Positions 27,920-38,191 of a stretch of 64,000 bases of DNA are shown here, in pieces. The notes beneath the pieces are model-generated. The model saw only the letters and a list, made by a program, of their open reading frames with translations, was not told where the DNA came from and did no database searches. A program made the position numbers and the translations under genes. The DNA is from a virus: positions 15,080 through 79,079 of the IMG/VR virus record IMGVR_UViG_3300025154_000069; one strand, 5' to 3'. The stretch's first letter is position 1. The number at the start of each line of letters is the position of its first letter.

Positions 27920-28402
27920 ATGAAAATAAATAGGCCGATAGGCAAAGAAAAGTCTAATCTGGAAGAATCTTCCGAAATCATAAAGCAAGCGGTGTATTCT
28001 GAGTGCTTAGTTAAGTTGAAGCTCGATGGTGATATAAAGAATTTGTCGAAGAAAAAAGAGGGTATTGTTGAGAAAATTTTCAACTCTATTAAGCCTTTTT
28101 TCACTAAGGATAAAGACTCAGAGGTTATTGTGCTGCAAGATGCTCTTGGTGAGAATCCGATACTTGTTTCTTTACAGGCATCTAAGGGAAGCGAATCTTT
28201 GAACGAAGGGTGGGAAGATATTTTGAGAGATGTTTTAAAGAATGAGTTTGATACCTACGTTGAAGAGATCAAGTATTATTCTTTGCGCCCGGGAGCACTT
28301 GAAACCCTTATTCTAAAAAAGAAATTGGATGACGCTACGTACAAAAAGCTTATCACCAAAAGACCGGGAACATCGAGCAGGATAATAAAAAGGATAAAGT
28401 AG
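27920..28402 (+). CDS. Hypothetical protein
   Basis: ORF in the replication module. Confidence 0.6.
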   Translation: MKINRPIGKEKSNLEESSEIIKQAVYSECLVKLKLDGDIKNLSKKKEGIVEKIFNSIKPFFTKDKDSEVIVLQDALGENPILVSLQASKGSESLNEGWEDILRDVLKNEFDTYVEEIKYYSLRPGALETLILKKKLDDATYKKLITKRPGTSSRIIKRIK

Positions 28403-28403
28403 C

Positions 28404-28835
28404 ATGCCGAAAGTGTATTCTATAGGTGGAAAATCTGTTGTGTTTTATTCAATAACTGACTTGGCTAAGAGTACCAAAAGGACTAAGTACTCTATTTACA
28501 ACCTTGAAGTAACAGGAACTCTTCCCTCCCCTAATTTCAGAACAAAGCCGAAATTTAGGAAGAAAAAGGTTCCAAATATATCACAAGAGGAATATGTGAA
28601 TTACAAGTCTTTGTACTTTGAATATCTTGCCGGGAATGCATCCCTAAAGGATTTAGAGGTGGGAATTAAGTCATTACAAATAATGGATGGCGATAGGTTA
28701 TACTCTGAGTTTATTTTTTCCGATCTTTGCAAGATTATAAATGGAATACGCAAGGGGATTAAAATATCGGACTCAGTTAAATTAGAAATTAAAAATTTAT
28801 TTGTAACAGAAAAAAGTAAAGTCTATGAAAATTAA
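28404..28835 (+). CDS. MerR-like HTH DNA-binding protein
   Basis: YSITDLAK..KRT..SI..LE..G.LP.P...RLYS. Confidence 0.6.
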   Translation: MPKVYSIGGKSVVFYSITDLAKSTKRTKYSIYNLEVTGTLPSPNFRTKPKFRKKKVPNISQEEYVNYKSLYFEYLAGNASLKDLEVGIKSLQIMDGDRLYSEFIFSDLCKIINGIRKGIKISDSVKLEIKNLFVTEKSKVYEN

Positions 28836-29358
28836 AGCAAAAGAAGAGGGTAAAGCACCCGTTAAAGAACCGAAGGGGGAACTTTTGGAAACAAATGATG
28901 TTTCATACATCGTGTTTACAGAGAATGAACTCAGAACCATGTCGCAAGAGGTTGTTGACAAGATTATGATTATTTATGGTATTGATGCAGCCGAAGAACT
29001 TAAAGCACTTGGTAAGACACGTGCTACCGATACCTTTAAATCCGATCTTATCTTGCGTAAGCAATTAGATTCAATAAAGGAAACGGGCGGAACCCCGAAA
29101 GGGTTGGTTCAAATTGCAGGATTAAAGACCCCCGATTTAGGGTTTACAACAACGAGCATATCTACTACGATCAACATGGGTAATTACAACTCGTTGAAAG
29201 TCGAATCTGGTCTTACCCTCCCGGTTGGGTATGACAGAAACCTTGAAAATATTGCTGTCGATCAGCTTTCCAAACAGCTTGAAGCAAACAAGGTTTTTCT
29301 TCTGTCAAAAATAGAAGAAATGAAGGATGAATTTGAAAGTTCATTCCCACACAAGTAA
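28825..29358 (+). CDS. Conserved phage hypothetical protein
   Basis: TINMGNYNSLKVE motif. Confidence 0.55.
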   Translation: MKIKAKEEGKAPVKEPKGELLETNDVSYIVFTENELRTMSQEVVDKIMIIYGIDAAEELKALGKTRATDTFKSDLILRKQLDSIKETGGTPKGLVQIAGLKTPDLGFTTTSISTTINMGNYNSLKVESGLTLPVGYDRNLENIAVDQLSKQLEANKVFLLSKIEEMKDEFESSFPHK

Positions 29359-29376
29359 CCGATTTATTCACATTTG

Positions 29377-29404
29377 AAAGGTACTCGCTGTAGTACCTTT
29401 TTTT
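29377..29404 (+). terminator. Intrinsic terminator
   Basis: AAAGGTACT-CGCTGT-AGTACCTTT plus TTTT. Confidence 0.75.
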
Positions 29405-29419
29405 AACACATAATATTTT

Positions 29420-30166
29420 ATGGAATCAATAAAATTGTGGGATTCTGGTGTGTTCGGAGACCATAAAGAATATAAACTTGTTTATCTCGGTATGCTCATT
29501 CCTTATGGGCTTTTGGATAGGGTCGGTTTATTTATAACTAAGACCGATCTTGTAAAGGCATCAAAGAAGTTTGTCCAAGAGGTTATTGATACTCTTATTG
29601 AAGAGGGCTATGCAGAAAATGACGGAGATAAGGTGTACCTTGCATACTATAACGGAACCAAGCTTAACTTCTTGTATCTTGATAACAAGAATGATAATGT
29701 GGTTATTAAATCCGCTTCCGATAAATTCTATTCCCTATTGGAACCGTCACTTGATGAGTATAAATCAATATGTAGTGATTTCCGAAAGGACACATTTTTC
29801 TTGCAGGTTCGCAGGGTTATAGATTTATGCTTAATAAGGATGAAAAAAGGACAGGCAGCAGACTTTGATGTGGTTAAAATGATTCGTGCTATTGACGGGA
29901 TTACTTCCGGAGCTTTGGGTATGGATTTTATATCGAGCACAGCGAGGGAAAAAGCTTATGTTTCGTCACTAAGGAAGATATTTAATGATGATGTTATGCT
30001 TTCACTCTCTTATCTCTACTTTATGCAAAACAGGACAAAATTTGCAACCAAAGGGGTGTACAATATGTATAGCTTTAAATGGATTGCCCCACAGGTTCAA
30101 GGTTTGGTAGTAAAAGCATTAAATGAAAATAAAGGAGCGCGCGGTGATGGAAAGAAATATTTCTAA
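29420..30166 (+). CDS. Hypothetical protein, possible replication initiator
   Basis: Directly upstream of the DnaC-like loader and DnaB; function inferred from synteny only. Confidence 0.4.
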   Translation: MESIKLWDSGVFGDHKEYKLVYLGMLIPYGLLDRVGLFITKTDLVKASKKFVQEVIDTLIEEGYAENDGDKVYLAYYNGTKLNFLYLDNKNDNVVIKSASDKFYSLLEPSLDEYKSICSDFRKDTFFLQVRRVIDLCLIRMKKGQAADFDVVKMIRAIDGITSGALGMDFISSTAREKAYVSSLRKIFNDDVMLSLSYLYFMQNRTKFATKGVYNMYSFKWIAPQVQGLVVKALNENKGARGDGKKYF

Positions 30167-30740
30167 AGAATACCTAAAAGCAGGTATATTCGAGAAGTGG
30201 CACAAAACTTCTTTGGCTGAGTACGAGGGGAATGAAAATCTAACTACTTTTATACGGGATTACTTAAACAACCCTATAGAAAGAGGTATATTTATGACAG
30301 GAATAAACGGAACCGGAAAGACCATGTTGATGAATATCATGTTTAAAAAATTCATTGACTCAGGTGAGTCCGCTTTAATAGTTCCTTATTGGGAGGTAGT
30401 AAAGGCTTATATAGACTCTTGGTCGAACAAGGAGTCTGTTTACAACTTGATGAAAAAGGTTAAATATCTCGGAATAGATGATTTTGGAAAAAGTTTCGAG
30501 GGAACGGACAACTCTAAGAGGATGGCCAAGAGTGCTGTCGAGTTCTTATTAACCTATAGGGTGCAGAGATTGAAACCTACTTTTTTTACTTCTAATATTC
30601 AATATAAGGATTTGCGGGAAGAGTACGGTGATGATATAGCATCTAAGCTTAATGAGGCTTGTGTGTTGGTCGAGATTGAAAACAAAAACAAGAAAAAAGC
30701 AGATTACAGATACAACTTAAACGAATATTATGGTTTTTGA
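30147..30740 (+). CDS. DnaC/IstB-like AAA+ helicase loader
   Basis: GINGTGKT, LGIDDFG, R....PTFFTSN, IASKL. Confidence 0.85.
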   Translation: MERNISKEYLKAGIFEKWHKTSLAEYEGNENLTTFIRDYLNNPIERGIFMTGINGTGKTMLMNIMFKKFIDSGESALIVPYWEVVKAYIDSWSNKESVYNLMKKVKYLGIDDFGKSFEGTDNSKRMAKSAVEFLLTYRVQRLKPTFFTSNIQYKDLREEYGDDIASKLNEACVLVEIENKNKKKADYRYNLNEYYGF

Positions 30741-31971
30741 AAGTTTTGTATATTCCTTACTTGACTCTGGGGATTTTAAGTCTCTTGGGTTGGCCAAAGA
30801 GGAATATTTTACGGTAGACGATTTCAAGGTTATTTCTTACTTAAATGACTACTTTATTAAGTTTAACAAGATGCCCGATGTCACAACGGTAGAGGTTAAA
30901 TTTAAGACTAAGCTGCACAAAAATACTTCCCCACCTGAGTATTGGTTAAAGGAGCTAAAGGATAAAAATGTAAAGAACGTCATAGACGACACTTTAAGGC
31001 TTCTGGTGAAGAGCAAGAACCCGATAAGCACATTGACCGATGCGTTGCATAAAATACAGCTTGACGACCCAATGGCTGCTACTACGGAGTATGGAGCCAA
31101 CACGAAAGAAAGGTACGATCGGTACATAAATGAGAAGAAGAAAAATCTTGGGGTAACATATTTGTCAACAGGAGACCTTAAACTCGATGAATTTACAGGT
31201 GGGTACAGGAAAGGAGACTTGTGGCTTATAGCCGGATATGAAAAGATAGGTAAGTCATTTAAGTTACTAAGGCTTGCTAACGAGGTATCAAGAACCATAG
31301 CTGTTAAATTCCCGGACAAGAAAGCTCTTTTTGTTTCTCTTGAAGTGAATGAGGATGAATTTATGGATAGATTGGACTGTATCAATGCAGGTATTTCTTA
31401 TGAGAGATTCGATTCGGGTAAGTTGAAGAAAGAGGAGATGCTAAAGCTTAAATCCTATTATAAACAGGTAGAAAACAACCCGGATGCAAAAGAGCACCGA
31501 TTGTTGCTTGAAAGTAGGTTGAGCAAGATGTCTGATCTGGAAAGTTTCATAAGAATCTACAAACCCGCTATAGTGTTTGTTGATAGTGTTCACCTCTGGT
31601 CTGCTTCTTTGGATTGGAAAGACATGATGAAGATAACACAGCAGTTGAAGAATACGGCAAGGGCAACCAATACCCCTATCATAGTTACAGCACATGCCAA
31701 TTTAAAAGAGGGGGATGAGATAACAAAAATGGATGGGAATGTGTTCTCATACTTCAAGGCAGGTAGAGACCCAGATTTCTCATTCGTTATGTTTCGTGAT
31801 ACAAAAATGGCGGTGTTGGGATTGACCGGAATGTTATCTGCTTTTTCGAGAAGGAAAAGAAAGTTTGTTCAAACAGTAAAGACAAATTGGGAAACCATGC
31901 ATGAGGAGACTGTTGATATTTGTTACTTTGAGGACTTTTCTTCTGATGATCTTGACGACAGTATGTTTTAA
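30730..31971 (+). CDS. dnaB: Replicative DnaB-like helicase
   Basis: AGYEKIGKS, FVSLE, VFVDSV, LKNTA...PII. Confidence 0.85.
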   Translation: MVFESFVYSLLDSGDFKSLGLAKEEYFTVDDFKVISYLNDYFIKFNKMPDVTTVEVKFKTKLHKNTSPPEYWLKELKDKNVKNVIDDTLRLLVKSKNPISTLTDALHKIQLDDPMAATTEYGANTKERYDRYINEKKKNLGVTYLSTGDLKLDEFTGGYRKGDLWLIAGYEKIGKSFKLLRLANEVSRTIAVKFPDKKALFVSLEVNEDEFMDRLDCINAGISYERFDSGKLKKEEMLKLKSYYKQVENNPDAKEHRLLLESRLSKMSDLESFIRIYKPAIVFVDSVHLWSASLDWKDMMKITQQLKNTARATNTPIIVTAHANLKEGDEITKMDGNVFSYFKAGRDPDFSFVMFRDTKMAVLGLTGMLSAFSRRKRKFVQTVKTNWETMHEETVDICYFEDFSSDDLDDSMF

Positions 31972-31981
31972 AACCAATTAT

Positions 31982-32233
31982 ATGAAAATAATACTCATAG
32001 TTTTCGGTGTGATATTCGCACTAATTTTTACGGCAATAGCGGTGTTTCTAATGGCTATTTGGCGAACATCTTTAGTTAAAACCGGGTACATGCAAAGCCT
32101 ATATCGTATGCTTGAGGCATTAAAGAATGAGTTTGCTAAAAATACCGAGGGGCTAAAGAAGATCGGGCAACATTTTGAAAAAACAGTAAAAGACTTCAAA
32201 GATGAAATTGAGAAGTACTCAAATAAAGACTGA
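31982..32233 (+). CDS. Small membrane-anchored coiled-coil protein
   Basis: N-terminal TM; start moved to ATG 31982. Confidence 0.55.
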   Translation: MKIILIVFGVIFALIFTAIAVFLMAIWRTSLVKTGYMQSLYRMLEALKNEFAKNTEGLKKIGQHFEKTVKDFKDEIEKYSNKD

Positions 32234-33122
32234 GATAACGCCAGAAGAAGTATTCGCTACTCTTTCACGGCTTACCCCAACAAATACAGGGTATAAGGCT
32301 TTATGCCCTAACCCGGAGCACAAAGATACAAAACTTGGAAACTTTCATATAAATCTTAGTAAGGGTTATATGAAGTGCTTTTCTTGTGGATGGAGTAAGT
32401 CAGTATTCGATTTTCTTATAGAGGGAGGGGTGAGTTTTGCAGAAGCATATAAATTTTTCATAGAGCCGAGAGAATTAGAGAACAGAGAGGTTTTGTTCCC
32501 TATAGCTATTGGAGCACCAAAGGAGTTTTTAGATAGGGGGTTCACAAAGGAGACATTAGAGCATTTTAAGGTTGGTTATTCGGAGCACGATGGAAGAATA
32601 GAGATTCCTGTTATATTTTATGACAAGGTTGTTGGAGTTGTTTACAGAAAGCCGGGGAAGAAGTTGTTTTCTAATGATGGATTTTTAATGCATGATTTTA
32701 TTTATAACTATGAACCTACAGAAGAGAGGTATTTTACAGAAGGGTTCACGGATGTGTTCAGAACCTACCAGAACGGAGTAGAAAATATTTCCGCAACGAT
32801 GGGGGTAAGCATAACCCCTAAACAGCTTGCTCTTATGAGGAGGCATAAGGTTATCCATCTTGGGTACGATTATGACTATGCAGGGGTTTCTGCTATGTAC
32901 CATATCTATTATTCGCTCAGAGATTATGTTGATATAAATGTCCTTCCCTTTAAAGCTGATTTGGGGGATAAGAATGATCTTGGTAACTGCTCTAAGGTAA
33001 GTATAGAAAAGGCGGTAAAAAGAATATCCCCATTTGTAAATTTCGACATAGCTTTTCAACAAAGACAGCCGGAACTGTATGAAAAGATAAAAAAAGAATT
33101 AACAAAAGGTAGGCTTATTTAG
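32202..33122 (+). CDS. dnaG: DNA primase (CHC2 zinc finger plus TOPRIM)
   Basis: CPNPEH...CFSCG; TEGFTD; YDYDYAG. Confidence 0.9.
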   Translation: MKLRSTQIKTEITPEEVFATLSRLTPTNTGYKALCPNPEHKDTKLGNFHINLSKGYMKCFSCGWSKSVFDFLIEGGVSFAEAYKFFIEPRELENREVLFPIAIGAPKEFLDRGFTKETLEHFKVGYSEHDGRIEIPVIFYDKVVGVVYRKPGKKLFSNDGFLMHDFIYNYEPTEERYFTEGFTDVFRTYQNGVENISATMGVSITPKQLALMRRHKVIHLGYDYDYAGVSAMYHIYYSLRDYVDINVLPFKADLGDKNDLGNCSKVSIEKAVKRISPFVNFDIAFQQRQPELYEKIKKELTKGRLI

Positions 33123-33155
33123 ATTTATTTTTACCTTTACAATAAAATTAAAAGC

Positions 33156-33659
33156 ATGGAACTTAAAGATGTTGGCAGGTATTTAATAGAGGGCATATAT
33201 AAAAAAGATTTTGCTACAGTTTGTGATGAAAACCCTGATCTTATAAACACACCAGAACGGTTTGCAAAAGCTATTACCGAATGGTTCACACCTACCCCGT
33301 TTGAATTTACTACCTTTGATGGCGAGGGGTATGGTTTGGTAGCTGTTTCCGATATTGACTTCCACAGTTTTTGTGAGCACCACTTAGCAGCCATAATAGG
33401 CAAGGTTTCAATAAAGTATATCCCGAATAAAAAAATAGCCGGGCTGTCAAAGTTTCCAAGAACAGTAAGATTCTTTTCAAAAAAGCCGATGATTCAAGAG
33501 AGGTTCAACAAAGAAGTTTTCGACTTCCTATGGGATAAGCTCGAACCAAAATACCTTAGAGTTGATGTTGATGCTTTGCACACCTGCATGACTACAAGAG
33601 GTGCTAACTCGGTCAATTCAAGCACAAAAACATACATAGAGAAGGGAGAGCAACAATAA
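33156..33659 (+). CDS. folE: GTP cyclohydrolase I
   Basis: TPERF, SFCEHH, GLSKF, IQE, HTCMTTRG. Confidence 0.95.
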   Translation: MELKDVGRYLIEGIYKKDFATVCDENPDLINTPERFAKAITEWFTPTPFEFTTFDGEGYGLVAVSDIDFHSFCEHHLAAIIGKVSIKYIPNKKIAGLSKFPRTVRFFSKKPMIQERFNKEVFDFLWDKLEPKYLRVDVDALHTCMTTRGANSVNSSTKTYIEKGEQQ

Positions 33660-33742
33660 AATAATAGTTGCTTTTCTTGTCTATTTTCTCCCCGAAAATT
33701 CTTATATTTACTAATTAATAAATACTAACTAAATTTAGCGTT

Positions 33743-34549
33743 ATGCCAAAAATTGAAACTAAAAATCCTGAAAAAGGTATCAGAAAGCCGAAAGTGGCAC
33801 AAAAGAATGAAGATTCCCAAGAAGATGTGTGGGATCAGATTGAGAAGATGAAACCATCCGGGGGTGGAAATTTCGAGGAGTTAAAAGACTCAAACGGATT
33901 CTCAAAGAAAGATGTTAATTTCTTTCTTGATGATGATAACAAGGAGGCAGATATTGTAATCCTTGCAGCCGTTCCCTACATTATCCCGATTCACTCGATG
34001 GTAAAAATTGTAGAACCGCAAAAGGGAGCATCCTTTAAGGTGTACCCGGTTAAAACATGCTTGAAAATTTCTTCAAAATCTTGCCCGTACTGTGACAAAT
34101 CATCAACCTCAAAATCGGTCAAGAAAGCGTATGACGGAATATTTTTCCCAATGGTTGATCTTCGTGGAAAGAGAACAGAGGACAAGGATTATGACGGTGA
34201 TGCTTTTCCAAAGTTCATGAAGGTTACAAGGGATGAAGCTATGCAAATCCGTGACATGATTGACTCCTTGAAAGAGGACAAAATGAAAATTTCTGATGTT
34301 GTTGTCAACGTAGAAAAGACCGGGAAGCAAAGAGTTTTCTCGATCAAGCAAGTAAAAACAAAGGGGAGACAATTCGAGGAGGTTAAGGTTGACACCGAAG
34401 TAAAGAAGCTCGCAAACGGTGACATTGCCTCTGCAACAATAGAGGATGAAAAGAACGAATATTTCTCAGGTAAAACCCCGTTGTTCTCCGAACTTTGGGC
34501 TACACCGGAAGAGTATGCCGATGCAGAAAGAGAAGCATCAGACGTTTAG
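33743..34549 (+). CDS. Single-stranded DNA-binding protein (gp32-like)
   Basis: H...C....CPYC zinc site, KTG, acidic C-terminus. Confidence 0.6.
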   Translation: MPKIETKNPEKGIRKPKVAQKNEDSQEDVWDQIEKMKPSGGGNFEELKDSNGFSKKDVNFFLDDDNKEADIVILAAVPYIIPIHSMVKIVEPQKGASFKVYPVKTCLKISSKSCPYCDKSSTSKSVKKAYDGIFFPMVDLRGKRTEDKDYDGDAFPKFMKVTRDEAMQIRDMIDSLKEDKMKISDVVVNVEKTGKQRVFSIKQVKTKGRQFEEVKVDTEVKKLANGDIASATIEDEKNEYFSGKTPLFSELWATPEEYADAEREASDV

Positions 34550-35048
34550 GATTTTTACCGATGGTGCTTGTAATAATAGGAGCGTAAAACGTGGCGGTTG
34601 GGGATTTGTTGTCATATTTAATAGCAAGAAAATATACTCAACAGGAGGGTTTGAAAAAGAGGAAACAACGAGCAATCGTATGGAACTCACTTCTGTATTA
34701 CAAGCACTTCTTTATCTTATAGAGATAGAGGTAAAAAAGTCGGAGGAAATTCTAATCATATCCGACAGCATGTACGTTGTAAACAGCTTGAATAATGACT
34801 ACTCCCTACTTAAATCTTGGTATGCAAAAAACTTTAGGCACTACGTAAAAAATGACGAGGGTATCTCGGTAGTGCAGGATATTAAGAACAAGGATTTGTG
34901 GTCAGAAATATACGCCTGCTTAAAGAACATCGGAGAGGTTAAATTTAAGTGGGTAAAGGGGCACTCAGGAAATGAATATAATGAGTTGGCCGACAGGATT
35001 GCAGTACGAATGAGAAAATTTGCAGAAAATGTTATCGAGGAAGTATAA
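34515..35048 (+). CDS. rnhA: Ribonuclease HI
   Basis: FTDGAC, TSNRMEL, SDSMYV, KNKDLW, WVKGHSG..NE.AD. Confidence 0.95.
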   Translation: MPMQKEKHQTFRIFTDGACNNRSVKRGGWGFVVIFNSKKIYSTGGFEKEETTSNRMELTSVLQALLYLIEIEVKKSEEILIISDSMYVVNSLNNDYSLLKSWYAKNFRHYVKNDEGISVVQDIKNKDLWSEIYACLKNIGEVKFKWVKGHSGNEYNELADRIAVRMRKFAENVIEEV

Positions 35049-37026
35049 ATACAAGGTTATAGATAGCTTAAAAGGTCTTAAAGACTTTATATCCGAATTT
35101 AAGCATCAAGAATTTGCGTGGGATACGGAGACCACATCACTTAGGTATCATCCATTGCAGATAACCGCAATGAGCATATACACCACGGAATCAGAATTTT
35201 CTTATGTGTTCCTATTTAACTTTACAGCCACTTATCAGGTAAAGGTTAAGGACACTATCACAAAGAAGATGGTTCCTTTGATTGTTCAATACGAAAAGAA
35301 CACAGCTATCGACATTCTTGAAGCAGCACCGTTGCTCCGTAAATTTTTTGAGGGCAAGGAACTTGTTACAGCTAATGGTAAGTTTGACTATAAGGTTGCA
35401 AGAAAGTACGGTTTTGCTACATTCACCATAAAGGATGATGTCAATATGATGAGCTTCTACATTGACAGTAATGCAAAAAAGGGGCTAAAGATAAATGCAA
35501 AGCAGTACCTTGGTTTGGATATGATCTCCTATGCCGAGGTAACGAAACAAAAGAATGATAACATAAATTGGGATGAGGTGGATTGGGATAAGTTTTGCTC
35601 TTATTCCGGATTGGATGCATTCGCTACCTACCATTTAAGGAATAAGCTGTTACCGATACTTAAAAATGTGGGAAGAACGGGGAGCTCAAAGTTTGCTGAT
35701 CGAGATGCATATAAAAACTACCTTGAAATAGGGTTGCCTACTGCGTTAATAGCTGCTCAAATGGAGATAGATGGTATTCACATTGATGTTGACTACCTAA
35801 AGAAGATGAGTGTTGTTGCCAACAAAGAGATGGAGATAAAGAGATTTAAGGTGTATGAGTCGGCAGGATATTCATTCGATCTAAATTCACCCAAACAAAT
35901 CGGGGAGGTGTTCTTTGATAAGCTCGGCATTGAGCCACCGATAATAACAGATAAGGGTAATCGGTCTACCAATGAAGAGGCTTTGAAAATACTTCACTAT
36001 AGAGAGTTTGATGCAGCAGGGTACTTACTCGAATACAAGAAGTTGAGCAAGTTGGTTTCCACGTATATTGATGCCATTCCCGATATTGTTGATGGCGATG
36101 GTAGACTCAGGGGGAGTTTCAATAATACAGGGACTTCGACTGGAAGGTGGAGTTCCTCAGAGCCAAATTTACAAAATCAGCCTAACAATAAAAAGTTTAA
36201 AGTCAGAAATTCTTTTACAGCCCCAAAAGGAAAGGTGTTCATAGTTGGTGACTATTCTCAGATTGAATTTAGGTTGCTTACTCATTTCTCAAAAGACCCA
36301 TATTTAACGGATGCGTACAATAGAGGTGCTGACATGCACCAATTCACGGCTGACATTATCGGTTCTGCATCTGGCGTACACCTATCAAGAAACCAAGGTA
36401 AGACATTGAACTTTGCTATTGCCTATCTAATGCAGTATAAGAGCTTGATGGAAAACTTAAACGGGGGATTGAGAGATATGGTTATTTCCGGTGAGCTTAC
36501 GAAGGAGCAATACTCTAAAATGAGAGTTACACCGAATCAATCAAAGAGCATAATAAACTCGTTCTTTAATACGTTCACAGGATTCGATAACCTTGTTAAC
36601 AATATTACAAGATATGCCGAGATAACGGGTTTTGTTTCTACGATCGACAACTTTTGCAGACCGATACCAGAACTGCAAAGTAAAAAGTTCTACTCTTCCG
36701 GGAAAAGAAAAGCACTAAACACTCTTATACAGGGAAGTGCTGCCGACATTATAAAACGGCTTATGATGAGAGCTTTTGTGTACATGCATGAGAACAGTGA
36801 TTTGAAAATGCTTTTACAGGTACATGATGAGCTTGTGTGGGAGTCGGATATTGATAAGGCCGAGAAGCACATGGGTAAACTTAAATACCTTGCCGAAAAT
36901 GTATTTCCTGAGTGTAGGGTTCCTATTTTATTTGATATAGGAATTTATAAAACTTGGGGGGATGCTAAGGCAGGTAATAAATTGAAACTATTTAATGTTG
37001 AAGAATACATAACAGAAATACAATGA
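35020..37026 (+). CDS. polA: Family A DNA polymerase with 3'-5' exonuclease, no 5'-3' exonuclease
   Basis: DTET exo I; TGRWSSSEPNLQN; DYSQIEFR; R...KTLNF...Y; QVHDEL. Confidence 0.95.
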   Translation: MQKMLSRKYKYKVIDSLKGLKDFISEFKHQEFAWDTETTSLRYHPLQITAMSIYTTESEFSYVFLFNFTATYQVKVKDTITKKMVPLIVQYEKNTAIDILEAAPLLRKFFEGKELVTANGKFDYKVARKYGFATFTIKDDVNMMSFYIDSNAKKGLKINAKQYLGLDMISYAEVTKQKNDNINWDEVDWDKFCSYSGLDAFATYHLRNKLLPILKNVGRTGSSKFADRDAYKNYLEIGLPTALIAAQMEIDGIHIDVDYLKKMSVVANKEMEIKRFKVYESAGYSFDLNSPKQIGEVFFDKLGIEPPIITDKGNRSTNEEALKILHYREFDAAGYLLEYKKLSKLVSTYIDAIPDIVDGDGRLRGSFNNTGTSTGRWSSSEPNLQNQPNNKKFKVRNSFTAPKGKVFIVGDYSQIEFRLLTHFSKDPYLTDAYNRGADMHQFTADIIGSASGVHLSRNQGKTLNFAIAYLMQYKSLMENLNGGLRDMVISGELTKEQYSKMRVTPNQSKSIINSFFNTFTGFDNLVNNITRYAEITGFVSTIDNFCRPIPELQSKKFYSSGKRKALNTLIQGSAADIIKRLMMRAFVYMHENSDLKMLLQVHDELVWESDIDKAEKHMGKLKYLAENVFPECRVPILFDIGIYKTWGDAKAGNKLKLFNVEEYITEIQ

Positions 37027-38180
37027 AAAAGAAGAAAGAAGTTGTTGTCGAAGATCAAGCAGAAGCTAAGAAAGAAGAGAAAAGCAAGTATGATAGTATT
37101 CACTTGGCTGCAAAATTACTGAATGATAAATACAAGAAGAAGCTGTTAAAAATAGGAAGTGATATTCCGAAGCTGCAAAGAGTTCCTTTCGGGTTCCCTT
37201 CTCTCGATTGGGTAAATGGCGGTGGTATTCCTATTGGAAGGATAATTGAAAAGCTCGGAAAGGAACACTCGTTTAAAACGGTTGAGGGGTTGCATGGATT
37301 GAGACAATTCCAAAAGTATTGCTTTAATTGTAATACCCCAAATGGGTTAGATGTTGTTTGGAAGCTCGATAAAAACGGGAATCCCGAAATAGAAAAATGC
37401 GTGTGTAAGAATTGCTCTGAGCCTAAAGCCACGATACAGGTTATTGTGGACTATGAAAAGACACTTGACAAGGAATTTGTCGAGAATTTTGGTATTGATT
37501 TAAACGGGGTGTTGTGGGTGGTTCCAGAAAAACCTTCTCAGGTTTCAAACATAATTCAAACATTCGCACAAAACGCAAATATCGGGTTGATACTTGTTGA
37601 TAGTGTTGGAGCTTTTAGTTCCGATGCTGAGATAGACAAGCCTTTTGAAGAGAATAATATGAACAAGGGTGCTATTACGTTGAATGAGATTATGAGAAGG
37701 ATAACGGCAGCGTTAAACTTCAATTCAAACTCTACAGACAAGCCCTCCACTACGGTTTATGTGATAAATCAATCCTACTCTTCCATAGGCTTATTTGTGC
37801 ATGAAATACCACAGGGGGGAAGGGGATTGAGGCATACGAAGTCTATATCCTCAAAGAACCGGGTGGTGAATGAAGTGTATGATGATGAAAAGAACCTGCT
37901 CGGGACACATGTGGAGATACATAACCAAAAGAACAAGGCAGGGATTCCACACAGGAAGGTTGAGGTATTTTTCAACCAAGACAAAAGTAATGATGTCGGA
38001 TATTGCTATCCCGATTTAAAGGATGAATATTTTATGTTTGCCTTGAAGCTCGGTGTACTTAAACAAAAGGGCGGGTGGTATGAGTTCGGGGATAAGAAAT
38101 GGCAGGGGAGGGATAAGGTTGTTGCTGATATGCCAGAAGAACTTATTGAGGAGGTAAAATCTAAGCTATACTATCAATAA
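37023..38180 (+). CDS. recA: RecA/UvsX-like recombinase with Cys-rich insertion
   Basis: GGGIPIGRIIE, GKEHSFKT, DYEKTLD, LVDSV, INQ, GGRGL, KNK, GGWY. Confidence 0.9.
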   Translation: MKKKKEVVVEDQAEAKKEEKSKYDSIHLAAKLLNDKYKKKLLKIGSDIPKLQRVPFGFPSLDWVNGGGIPIGRIIEKLGKEHSFKTVEGLHGLRQFQKYCFNCNTPNGLDVVWKLDKNGNPEIEKCVCKNCSEPKATIQVIVDYEKTLDKEFVENFGIDLNGVLWVVPEKPSQVSNIIQTFAQNANIGLILVDSVGAFSSDAEIDKPFEENNMNKGAITLNEIMRRITAALNFNSNSTDKPSTTVYVINQSYSSIGLFVHEIPQGGRGLRHTKSISSKNRVVNEVYDDEKNLLGTHVEIHNQKNKAGIPHRKVEVFFNQDKSNDVGYCYPDLKDEYFMFALKLGVLKQKGGWYEFGDKKWQGRDKVVADMPEELIEEVKSKLYYQ

Positions 38181-38191
38181 TTCAAAATAAA

